Part shown: piece after piece, positions 1 to 11,869 of the stretch | Numbering within the stretch: position 1 is the stretch's first letter | How the letters are laid out: each line of letters opens with the position of its first letter | Origin: Squalus acanthias | Taxonomy: Eukaryota | DNA: 64,000 nucleotides | Assembly: GCA_030390025.1 (NCBI GenBank) | Contig: CM059432.1 | Span: 107,200,001 to 107,264,000 of the forward strand | Direction of reading: 5' to 3' | Translations under genes and position numbers: made by a program | The notes under the pieces: model-generated | Seen by the model: the letters and a program-made list of their open reading frames with translations, nothing else | Told to the model about the DNA's origin: nothing | The model's database searches: none

Positions 1-378
1 TTAATTAATGCCATTGAATTAAATATTTTAAATGAAAATTTAATTTTTTAAAGTTTTAACAGGGCTAAAAATAAACTTACCTTATTGGACAGGGTTTTTA
101 ATGTATAAATGAGTGATAAAATTTTATTTTTCTATTTTTTAAAACTCATGCTGGTAAAAGCAGGCCTTATGCCTGCTTTTACCAGGCGTAAGAATTTCAC
201 CGGCATTCAGCAGGCGGAAGTTGGGCAAATAGCGCAACTCTCCACCCGCAGAGGCCCATCTCCCGGGGATGCGGAGGATCTGTCAAGTGGATTCGCATGC
301 CTAAACCCGGAACTTGCGCGGCCCCTACGGGCGCGTGTGCAACCCATATGCACCCGTAGGGGTCACAAAATATGGCCC
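1..378. mobile_element. Right part of a non-autonomous Harbinger-type DNA element (MITE)
   Basis: CpG-rich stretch ending in caaaatatggccc, the same GGGC..ATTTT terminal pattern as the Harbinger TIRs elsewhere in the window; the other end lies outside the window. Confidence 0.55.
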
Positions 379-1344
379 ATTATTTTCTATGACTTCACAA
401 CTGTGGAACTCAATATCTCGCTGTTTTCCCTTTTTCTATAATTTATAGGATTTTAAATCCCAAGAAAGATCTTTTTTTTTACTGTTTGAACCTTGGTGTC
501 TTACATTGTTGCTTTTGTCTTTCAACTTGGTTTCTATTTCTTAATATTGTTACAAGTGAGCTTATGTTAATCTTGATTTTCTGTGCTGTCATATCTCATA
601 ATTGCAATTTCCCCAATGTGCTCCACGGGTTAAATTATGGGGTCAGATTGTATAAACTTGGTTTGTGCTCCTTGAGTTTAGAAGATTGAGGAGTGATCTA
701 ATTGAAGTGTCTATTGGAGTCACCTACCTGTTACTCCTGTTGCGGGTTCCTCAATAATATTCCAAGTCGAGATATATAATAGATTCTTGCGAAAGTGGTA
801 AATTCCAGGGCACTTAAAAGAAAGGATAGCTACATATTAAATATTTCCATTGGTAAGTGCTGGTTTATGGGGAAAAGTTGGAAAAATATGGTCCAACACC
901 AGTATTCATAAGTATACCTTGTTACTGACAGTCTGAGAGCTGTACCTGTTCTGTACTCACCAAGGTATGTATCTTTGGCATCATCAGTTATCCCACTTGC
1001 AATAATCTGTATTGAATTTAACCCTTTCACACGATACCATCAAGATTGCTTTGAAATAGCAGATTTTGCCCCACACAAAGGTTACAGCTTAAAGCTGGTT
1101 TATAATGTAATGGTAATTAGAAAAATCTGAAATGTAATTCATATAAATGGGTTTTAGTGAGTTAGAAGAGAAAGCTCTTTACCAGATGTGGAAGGGACAC
1201 AGGTGGTTGAAGGAGGGCTGCTCACGGATGAAACTGTGGGTAGTGGAGCGGGCCCAGGGACCGTGTAGCCTGACTCTGCTCCTATTTCGTGTGTGCAATT
1301 CTGTTAGATGCAGGAGATGGTTCTGTGATAGATAGTAGATTGGC

Positions 1345-1439
1345 GGTTAGGATCAGATCAGCCATGATCTTATTGAATGGCGGAGCAGGCTCGAGGGGCC
1401 GATTGGCCTACTCCTGCTCCTATTTCTTATGTTCTTATG
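1345..1439 (+). mobile_element. CR1 LINE 3' tail fragment
   Basis: gatcagccatgatcttattgaatggcggagcaggctcgagggg...cttatgttcttatg, the same 3' UTR as the longer CR1 copies. Confidence 0.8.
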
Positions 1440-1891
1440 AAACAGAACTGTAGAATTCCCTAGTCCCTGTTAAATCATAGTGCCAGCAATGAGCACGAAT
1501 GGGTGCACCAGTCACTTGCCACCTTCGTTTGCAATAGTTGTGGATTCTACTAACTAGTCAGGTGAGGTCATGCAGCAAGGGTGCTCTGCACTGCAGATTA
1601 CTCGTACAGTCCCTACCGCTTATAGCGGGCAAGTTGGTGCTTACACGATTTGCCCGCCAAATGCGCAGAACGGTTTAAAGGGGTAGAGTTATTATCAAAG
1701 AAGACTAGCAAATCACTGTTGAATAAACTAAACCTGATTCTTCAGTGCAGCTATTTAAACCACACCTGCTTAAAAAGTCACACATAAAAGGTATTAAAAT
1801 AATTAATTCTACATTAAAAATTATATTGAATAGAATTTTACACCACAGCAGACCTACATATGTCTAAGAACTCTGGAATCTACTGCATTTA

Positions 1892-4505
1892 ACATAGAAC
1901 AGTACAGCACAGTACAGGCCCTTCGGCCCTCGATGTTGTGCCGAGCATTGTCCGAGACCAAGATCAAGCTATCACACTCCCTATCACTCTGGTGTGCTCC
2001 ATGTGCTTATCCAATAACCGCTTGAAAGTTCCTAAAGTGTCCGACTCCACTATCACAGCAGGCAGTCCATTCCACACCCCAACCACTCTGAGTAAATAAT
2101 CTACCTCGGACATCCCTTCTATATCTCCCCCCCCATGCACCTTATAGTTATGCCCCCTTGTAACAGCTGCCTCTACCCGAGGAAATAGTCTCTGAACATC
2201 CACTCTATCTATCCCCCTCATCATCTTATAAACCTCTATTAAGTCGCCTCTCATCCTCCTCCGCTCTAAAGAGAAAAGCCCCAACTCCCTCAATCTTTCC
2301 TCATAAGACCTCCCCCCCAAACCAGGCAGCATCCTGGTAAATCTCCTTTGCACTCTTTCCAATGCTTCCACGTCTTTCCTAGAGTGAGGTGACCAGAACT
2401 GCACACAATATTCCAAATGTGGTCTCACCAAGGTCCTGTACAGTTGCAGCATAACCTCACGGTTCTTAAACTCAAACCCTCTGTTAATAAACGCCAACAC
2501 ACCATAGGCCTTCTTTACTGCTCTATCCACTTGAGTGGCAACCTTCAGAGATCTGTGGATATGAACCCCCAGATCCCTCTGCTCCTCCACGTTCCTCAGA
2601 ACCCTGCCGTTGATCCTGTAATCCTTATTCAAATTTGCCCTACCAAAATGAATCACCTCGCACTTATCAGGGTTAAATTCCATCTGCCATTTTTCGGCCC
2701 AGCTCTGCATCCTATCAATGTCTCTTTGCAGCCTACAACAGCCCTCCACCTCATCCACTGCTCCACCAATCTTGGTGTCATCAGCAAATTTACTGATCCA
2801 CCCTTCAGTCCCCTCCTCCAAGTCATTGATAAAAATCACAAACAGCAGAGGACCCAGCACCGACCCCTGTGGCACACCGCTGGTAACTGGTCTCCAGTCC
2901 GAAAATGTTCCATCCACCACCGCCTTCTATGAGATAGCCAGTTACTTATCCAATCGGCCAAATTTCCCTCTATCCCACAACTCCTTACTTTCTTCATGAG
3001 CCGACCATGGGGAACCTTATCAAACGCCTTACTAAAATCCATGTATACGACATCAACTGCTCTACCTTCATCTACACACTTGGTTACCTCCTCAAAGAAT
3101 TCAATCAAGTTTGTTAGGCAAGACTTACCCTTCACGAATCCGTGTTGACTATCCCTGATTAAGTTGCCCCTTTCCAAATGGTCATAAATCCTATCCCTCA
3201 GGACCTTTTCCACCGAAGTAAGACTAACCGGCCTATAATTACCAGGGTCATTCCTATTTCCTTTCTTGAAGAGAGGAACAACATTCGCCACTCTCCAGTC
3301 CTCTGGCACCATTCCCGTGGACAGTGAGGACCCAAAGATCAAAGCCAGAGGCTCTGCAATCTCCTCCCTTGCCTCCCAAAGAATCCTAGGATATATCCCA
3401 TCTGGCCCAGGGGACTTATCGACCCTCAGGTTCTTCAAAATTGCTAAAACATCTTCCCTCAGAACATCTACCATCTCCAGCCTATCCACCTTTATCACAC
3501 TCTCATCCTCAAGAACATGGCCCCTCTCCTCGGTGAACACTGACGAAAAGTATTCATTCATCACCTCTCCTATCTCTTCTGACTCCATGCACAAGTTCCC
3601 ACTACTGTCCTTGACCGGCCCTACCCTCACCCTGGTCATTCTTTTATTTCTCACATAAGAGTAAAATGCCTTGGGGTTTTTCTTGATCTGACCCGCCAAG
3701 GACTTCTCATGCCCCCTCCTAGCTCTCCTAAGCTCTTTTTTTTAGCTCATTCCTTGCTACCTTGTACCCCTCAATCGACCCAACTGAACCTTGTTTTCTC
3801 ATCCTTACATACGCTTCCTTTTTCCTCTTGACTAGACATTCAACCTCTTTTGTGAACCATGGTTCTCTCACTCGGCCATTTCCTCCCTGCCTGACAGGGA
3901 CATACCTATCAAGGACACGCAGTAATTGCTCCATGAAAAAGCTCCACTTTTCGTTTGTGCCTTTCCCTGATAGTTTCTGTTCCCATCTTATACTCCCTAA
4001 TTCTTGCCTAATCGCATCATAATTACCCCTCCCCCAATTATAAACCCTGCCCTGCCGTATGGCCCTATCCCTCTCCATTGCAATAGTGAAAGTTACCGAA
4101 TTGTGGTCACTATCTCCAAAGTGCTCTCCCACATACAAATCAAACACTTGGCCCGGTTCATTACCCAGTCCCAAATCCAATGTGGCCCCACCTCTTGTCG
4201 GCCTATCCACATATTGTGTCAGGAAACCCTCCTGCACACACTGTGCAAAAACTATCCCATCCGAACTGTTTGACCTATAAAGGTTCCAATCAATATTTGG
4301 AAAGTTGAAGTCACCCATGACAACTACTCTGTGACCGCCACACGTATTCATAATCTGCTTTGCAATTTCTTCCTCCACATCTCTATTACTATTTGGGGGC
4401 CTGTAGAAAACTCCTAACAACGTGACCGCTCCTTTCCTATTTCTAACTTCAGCCCATATTACCTCAGATGGCAGATCCCCCTCGAACTGCCTTTCTGCCG
4501 CTGTT
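1892..4505 (-). mobile_element. 5'-truncated CR1 LINE (ORF2 endonuclease end plus RT, frameshifted)
   Basis: ORFs 3728-4597, 2836-3699 and 1964-2920 carry MGDFNFP, GDSDH, YMDFSKAFDKVPH, GVPQGSVLGP and FADDTK; 3' tail at 1892. Confidence 0.95.
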
Positions 4506-5149
4506 TCTCTGGCAGTATGTGCCAAACTATACCCACCTTTCTGAGGGCCTCCCAGAAAGGTTTTATATCCGGATACTGCTCTGTAGCAAGCCACCATGTG
4601 AGAACCAGACAGTGAACATTGGTTGCTGTTACCATAATCTCTTCACTGTCCAGATCCTGTTCCTCTTCATTTGGCCTTGCATTATACCTGCTACCTCTCC
4701 CATGTTAGTCAGTGCTGAGCAGTGCAAGTTGTAACTTGACACCAGTTAGAGGTGATTAAGTATACAAGGAAATTGCACTATAACAAGGTGAACACCTATT
4801 TGTCTGAAATTCAGAAAGCGGTTAACACGATTTAAGCAGCAACGTTGTAATTGACTATAATGGTAATGGAAAACCGTTGGCGCTTTTTGGCCGATTTAAA
4901 CATGGACTGTTTAAGTAATGGGAACTGTACCAACAAGCAACATCAGTATACAAAGAAATTGCACATAACATGGCGGAGCAGGGGGAGTGGAACTAGCTGG
5001 AGTGCTCTTGCAGAGAGCCGGCATAGGCCAAATGGCCGCTTTCTGTGCTGTAACCAATTCAATTCAATTCATTCAGTGATACCTGCAAGTGTGAGCACAT
5101 TTGGAGCATCTCCTGCATAGCTCCATTGAATGTGTTGAGGCATTTAGAG

Positions 5150-7720
5150 GCTACAGTCCAAGATCAGGGCTGGGAACTGAATATTCCAGGGTATTTGACA
5201 ATTTGGAAGGATAGACAAAGGAAAGGGAGGTGGGGTGGCTTTGTTGGTAAAGGATGGGCTCAATGCAGTGCTGAGAAGTGACATTGGCTCAGAAGATCAA
5301 GATGTAGAATCGGTTTGGGTGGAGATAAAAAATAATAAAGGGGAAAAAGTCTTTGGTGGGCGTAGTCTACAGGCCCCCGAATAGTAGCAATACTGTTGGA
5401 CAGTGTATAAATCAACAAATAATGGAGGCCTGTAAAAAAAGGTACGGTAACAATGGGTGATTTTAATCTCCATATTGATTGGACAAATCAAATTGGCCAT
5501 GGTAGCCTTCAGGAGGGATGGTTTTCCAGAACAGTATGTAATGGAACCAACCAGGGAGCAGGCTATCTTGGATCTAGTACTGTGTAATGAGACAGAATTA
5601 ATAAATGATCTCATAGTAAAGGATCCTCTAGGAAAGCGTGATCATAGCATGGTTGAATTTCAAATTCAGTTGGAGGGTGAGAAAGTTGTATCTGAAACCA
5701 GTGTCGTGATCTTAAACAAAGGCAATTACAATGGCATGAGGGCAGAACTGGCTAAAGTGGACTGGAAAAATAAATTAAAGGGTAAGACAGTTGAAATGCA
5801 GTGGCGGACATTTAAGGAGATATTTCATAACTCTCAAAAAAAAATATTCCAGTGAGAGAAAGATTTTAAGAGAAAGAAGCACCATCCGTGGCTAACTAAG
5901 GAAGTAAAGGATGGTATCAAATTGAAAACGGAGGCATACAATGTTGCCAAGATGGGTGGGAGACCAGAGGATTGGGAAATTTTTAAAAACCAGCAAAGGA
6001 TGACTAAAAAAATAATAGAGAAGATGAATTATGAGAGTAAACTGGCAAGAAACATTAAAACAGATAGTAAGAGCTTCTACAGGTATATAAAAAGGAAGAG
6101 GGTAGCTAAAGTAAACATTGGACCCTTAGAGGATGAGACTGGGGAATTAATAATGGGGAACGGGGAAATGGCAGAGACTCTGAACAAATATTTTGTATCT
6201 GTCTTCACGGTAGAAGACACTAACAACATCCCAATAATGGATAATCAAGGGGCCACAGGGAGGGGGGAACTAAAGACAATCACTATCACTAAGGAAATAG
6301 TACTTGGTAAAATAATGGGACTAAAAGATGACAAATCCCCTGGACCAGATAGCCTGCATCCCAGGGTCTTAAAAGAAGTGGCTGCAAAGATAGTGGATGC
6401 ATTGGTTGCAATATACCAAAATTCCCTGGACTCTGGAGAGGTCCCAGCAGATTGGAAAACCGCAAATGTAACACCCCTATTTAAGAAAGGCGGGAGACAG
6501 AAAGCAGGAAACCATAGACCAGTTAACCTAACATCTGTCGTTGGGAAAATGCTGGAGTCCTTCATTAAGGAAGCAGTAGCAGGGCATTTGGAAAATCATA
6601 ATGCAGTCAAGCAGAGTCAGCATAGTTTTATGAAAGGGAAATCATGTTTAACAAATTTGCTGGAGTTCTTTGAGGAGGTAACGAGTAGGGTGGACAAAGG
6701 TGAACCAGTGGATGTGGTGTATTTAGATTTCCAGAAGGCATTCGATAAGGTGCCACATAAAAGGTTACTGCATAAGATAAGAGCTCACGGAATTGGGGGT
6801 AATATATTAGCATAGATAGAGAATTGGCTAACTAACAGAAAGCAGAGAGTCGGGATAAATGGGTCATTTTCCGGTTGGCAAACAGTAACTAGAGGGGTGC
6901 CACAGGGATCGGTGCTGGGGCCTCAACTATTTACAATCTACATTAATGACTTGGATGAAGGGACCGAGTGTAATGTAGCCAAGTTTGCGGATGATACAAA
7001 GATGGGTGGGAAAGCAAGTTGTGCAGAGGACTCAATCTGCAAAGGGATATAGACAGGCTAAGTGAGTGGGCAAACATTTGGCAGATGGAGTATAATGTGG
7101 GAAAGTGCGAGGTTATCCACTTTGGCAAGAAAAATAAAAAAGCAAATTATTATTTAAATGGAGATTTTTTACAAAATGCTACAGTTCAGAGGGACCTGGG
7201 GGTCCTTGTGCATGAAACACAAAAAGTTAGCATGCAGGTACAGCAAGTAATCAAAAAGGCAAATGGAATGTTGGCCTTTATTTCAAAGGGGTTGGAGTAT
7301 AAAAGCAGGGAAGTCCTGCTACAACTGTACAGGGTATTGGTGAGACCACACCTTGAGTACTGCGTACAGTTTTGGTCTCCTTATTTAAGGAAGGATATAC
7401 TTGCATTGGAGGCAGTTCAGAGACGATTCACTAGGTTAATTCCAGAGATGGAGGGGGTTGACTTATGAGGAAAGGTTGAGCAGGCTGGGCTTATACTCAT
7501 TGGAATTTAGAAAAATGAGAGGTGATCTTATTGAACCATATAAGATACTGAGGGGGCTCGAGAGGGTAGATGCAGAGAGAATGTTTCCCCTCGTGGGGAA
7601 ATCTAGAACGCGGGGGCACAGTTTTAGAATAAAGGGTCGCCCTTTTAGAACTGAGATGAGGAGGAATTTCTTCTCTCAGAGGGTCGTAAATCTGTGGAAT
7701 TCTCTGCCCCAGATAGCTGT
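5150..7720 (+). mobile_element. CR1 LINE ORF2 (endonuclease plus RT), degenerate, 3' end missing
   Basis: ORFs 5457-5855, 5922-6815, 7019-7468 and 7458-7808 with DKSPGPD, YLDFQKAFDKVPH and RPHLEYCVQFW. Confidence 0.95.
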
Positions 7721-8880
7721 GTCTTCCTCCGTGAAGACAGAAACAAAGTATTTATTTAATTTCTCAAGCCATTTCCTCATTCTCCATTATAAATTCTCCC
7801 GTCTCTGACTGTAAAGGACCTACATTTACCTTCGCCAGTCTTTTCCTTTTCACATACCTATAGAAGCTTTTACAATCCGTTTTTATATTTTTCGCTAGTT
7901 TGTGCTCATATTCCATTTTCCCTTTCTTTATCAATTTCTTGGTGCCCCTTTGCTGATTTCTAAAAAGATCCCAATCCTCAGGCTGACCGCTTTTTCTGGC
8001 AACTTTATAAGCTTCCTCCTTTGACTTAATACTAGCTTTAATTTCTTTTGTTAGCCATGGTTGGATCACTTTTCCTTTTGGGTTTTTATGCCCGAGAGGA
8101 ATATATGTTTGATGCAAATTATGCATTATTTCCTTGAATGTTAGCCATTGTATGTCCACCTTCATACCTTTTAGTGTAGTCTCCCAATCTACCATGGCCA
8201 ACTTGTCCCTCATACCCTTGTAGTTTCCTCTGTTTAGATTGAAGACTTTAGTTTCAGATTGGACGACATCACTCTCAAACTTAATGTAAAATTCAATCAT
8301 ACTATGGTCACTTGTCCCTAAAGGCCCCTTTACCACAAGATTATTGATTAGTCCTTTCTCATTACACAGTACCAGATCCAGAATATCCTGTTACCTAGTT
8401 GGTTCCTCCACATACTGATCCAGGAAACCATCTTGCATGCATTCCAAGAATTCGTCCTCCACACCATTAGTGGTAATTTGATTTTCCCAGTCAATATGTA
8501 GATTAAAGTCCCCCATCATTACCGTATTGCCCTTGTTACATGCACTTCTAATTTCTTGATTGATACTGTGCCCTACATTACCAGTACTGTTTGGTGGCCT
8601 ATACACAACTCCCACCAATGTTTTCCGCCCTTTGCTGTTTCTTAGCTCCACCCAAACTGATTCCAGTTCTACATCATGATCTGCCGAGCCAAGATCTTTT
8701 ATCTCTACCGTACCGATCTCATCCTTTATTAACAGCGCTACGCCACCTCCTTTTCCTTTTTGTCTGTCCTTCCTAAATGTTGAGTACCCTGGAACATTCA
8801 GTTCCCAGCTTTGGTTACCCTGCAACCATGTCTCCGTAATGGCAATTACATCATACCTATTTACTTTTATTTGTGCCATA
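7718..8880 (-). mobile_element. CR1 LINE endonuclease fragment
   Basis: ORFs 8391-8879 and 7764-8336: DVIAITETW, GGGVALL, YRPP, MGDFN, SDH. Confidence 0.9.
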
Positions 8881-8911
8881 ACACAGTTTCAGTGCAAATT
8901 CACTCTGGATG

Positions 8912-9985
8912 ATAAAGAAAAGAAAGAAGTTGCATTTATATAGTGCCTTTCACGACCTCAAAGCGCTTCACAGCCAGGTACTTTGGAAGTGTGGTCACTG
9001 TTGTAATATATGGAAACGTAGTAGCCAAATTGTTGTTTGTGGGACCTTGCTGTGCACAATAAAATAAATGATCAGCTAATCTAGAAACATCAGAACAGGA
9101 GTAAGCCAGTTGGCCCCTTAAGCTTATTCCACCATTCAATTAGGTCATAGCTGATCGGTACCTCAAATCCATTTACCTGCTTTTGTTCCATATCTCTTAA
9201 TACTCTACCATATCAAATCCCTTTATCATTTTAAAGACCTAGATTAGATTTCCCCCTTAACCTTATAAACTTGAGGGAATACAAGGCAAGTTTATGCAAC
9301 CTGGCCTCATAATTTAACCCTTTAAGCCCTGGTATCTTTCTGATAATTCTGTACTGTACTCTCCCCAAGGCCAATATATCCTTCCTGAGGGGCCGTGCCC
9401 AGAATTGAATGCAGTACTCCACATGGGGTTTGATCAAGCTCTGTACAACTGAAGCATAACTTCCTCCCCTTTGTATTCTAACCCCCTTGAGATAAAGGCC
9501 AACATTCCATTAGCCTTTTTGAACTTGTGTACGAGCTTTTATTGATTTGTGCACATGGACACCCAAATCCCCTTGCTCCTCCACAGTTCCTAGTTTCTCA
9601 CCATTAAGAAAATATTCAAAATTGTCATTCTTGGATCCAAAGTGGATGACCTCACACTTCCCCACACTGAACTCAATCTGCCGTAGGTTTGCCCACTCAC
9701 TTAATCTGTCTGCGTCTCTCTGTAACTTCCTGCACCCATCTGTTTTAATGGTATTGGTTGAGGGATAAAGGTTGTCCAGGGCACAGGGAGAGCTCCCCTG
9801 TGCCGTGGGATCTTTGCACTGACCTGAGAGGGCCGACAGGACTTCAATTTAATGTCTCATCTGAAAGACTCCCTCAAAACTGCACTGATGTGTCAGCCTT
9901 GATTATGTGCTCAAGTCTCTGGTTGACATTTAAACTCACAACCTTCAGATTCAGGCAAGAGAGCTACCACTGAGCTAAGGCTGGC
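8912..9985 (-). mobile_element. Deu-domain SINE split by a CR1 3' fragment (about 9084-9740, -)
   Basis: SINE tail (gcatttatatagtgcctttcacgacctc) at 8912-9075 and Deu core/head at about 9745-9985 match the copies at 44448 and 47962; the intervening sequence encodes PHVEYCIQFW. Confidence 0.75.
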
Positions 9986-10339
9986 ACATAATGAAAGAAG
10001 GACTCAAACATGGAGCAGTGTAGCTGTCTGCTCACAGTGATTGAATGACCACCATCGGGATTCAGCTTCCAACAGTGGCAGGAGTGCAGGAACAGAGGGA
10101 TAGGTGGGTAGTTCTCAAGTTGCCACCATGCCTGCTTCTAGCCAAGAATGGGACAGTTTTCCTGGAACATAGGCAGAGTCTCCAACATATTGAGGTCGGG
10201 AGGCATTTCTCAGGACATTCACTCCTTTAAGTTAAGATTAATACACATCTGCAGTGGCATATCAACATGTACACACTATAACTGAAATAAGGTTGCAACA
10301 CATTTTAACCTTGGCAGACATTTCTGACCATAACGCCAA

Positions 10340-10480
10340 GGCTGCAAGTCTGATTTGAAGAGATGGCACAATTCATCAATGGCTGCTTTGGTGAGATATA
10401 ACCTCTTTATCCCAGTGGTCCTTACTGAGGATGAGGTAACTCTTTTTCTTGCAGTTCACATGCCTGCGGAGTCCTGGTGG
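10340..10480 (-). pseudogene. Ancient Harbinger transposase N-terminal remnant
   Basis: KKSYLILSKDHW/KRLYLTKAAIDELCHLFKSDLQP (one frameshift) aligns by eye to [31 protein letters not shown] of the younger elements. Confidence 0.5.
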
Positions 10481-10639
10481 CCCTTTTTGTATAGTCCTCA
10501 CTGGTTCTCCTTCTTTAACAATGTGAAATTTGAGCATGTAGAGCTGTTTGATCCTATCCATTTTAAATGTCTTCACAACCCATGGGTTTGAGTTATACAG
10601 AGTCCTGATGGTCCTGGGGAATATTTAAAAGGATTACTG

Positions 10640-10930
10640 GTTCTCTATTACACTGGTTTCAGTAAAGCACTTGATTGCTATTTGATTGTTTTGGTGAAAC
10701 CTGCCTTTTGGATTAAAAATCCTCCAGCCCGCAGATTAATCACTCCAAATGTAGGTGATTACACCTCTACAGAACTCCCAGACCAGCAGCATTAAATATC
10801 TTCCAATGGCATGCATTTGTTTTTCAGATGCTTAGACTATGCTGGTGTTGCCTTGCAGTATGACCTGGAGTGGGCTGGTAGAATAAATATAGTGTGGTGC
10901 ACAATATTCCCATTGAAAGAGGTATATGCA
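10640..10930 (+). pseudogene. Ancient Harbinger transposase C-terminal remnant
   Basis: FRCLDYAGVALQYDLEWAGRI at about 10823-10885 matches [21 protein letters not shown] of the younger elements. Confidence 0.6.
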
Positions 10931-11489
10931 TCTTTGCTGAAGACAAACTTCAGCATGTGAATGGACACACGTGCGATCTCCTGATGGGCACTCTCACAGG
11001 GTAGGGTTATGCCAGGAATGTTAGATTGTTGCAGAAGCAAATAGCTGAGTGGTCCATCTGGCTTGTTGAATAGGTGCGTTGGCATATATTTCTGGTATGC
11101 TGTTCAGATTCAGACTTTAATTGGGCAGACTCCTGAGTTATCATCTTGAAGACAGTTTCTTGAAGGCTCAGCCATTATCTACAGTGGTTTGGCAGCCTGA
11201 GGCAATCAAGAGAGATGTACAGTTAATTTCCTCTTTTGATAAGTTCTACTTCAAAGCTTTTGGGAAGTATTTCTTAGATAGACTTGCACCAATTCAGTAG
11301 TCTATCTGCAACTGTAAAGGAACTCCTTGGGTTGTTAGCAAAGAACTAATATGTAAGTTTATGGTCCAGGGCCTTGTTTCAAATCCAGCTTTACATTTGA
11401 GTTTAGTCCAGAAGTTGCAACTCTTATCTTCTATATTCTGAGGAGGAATAGTTACGTCTATATATAACTAAGTTTGCTGTTTGTCTTTG

Positions 11490-11825
11490 TTACATAGAAT
11501 TTACAACACAGAAACGGGCCATTTGCCCCAACTGGTCTGTGCTGGTGTTTATGTTCCACACAAGCCTTCTGCATATCCTTCTATTCCTTTCTCCCTCATG
11601 TACTTCTCTAGCTTCCCCTTAAATGCATCTATGCTATTCACCTCAACCACTTCATGTGGTAGCAAGTTCCACATTCTAACCACTCTGGGTAAGTTTCTCC
11701 TGAATTCTTTAAAGGATTTCTTAGTGACTATCTTATATTTATGGCCATTAGTTTTGGAGTCTCCACAAGTGGAAACATCTTCTCTCTGTCTACCCTATCA
11801 AACCCCTTCATAATGTTAAAGACCT
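11490..11825 (-). mobile_element. CR1 LINE 3' fragment
   Basis: catagaatttacaacacagaaacgggccattt tail and degenerate C-terminal ORF2 sequence. Confidence 0.75.
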
Positions 11826-11869
11826 GCTCATCTGGGAGCCTGATTGCATCAGGCTACCAAACCACATTT

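Noticed and set aside
962..1007. Possible minus-strand exon IIASGITDDAKDTYL with ag/gtgagt ends
   Set aside because: Weak pyrimidine tract, no recognisable protein and no partner exons in the window.
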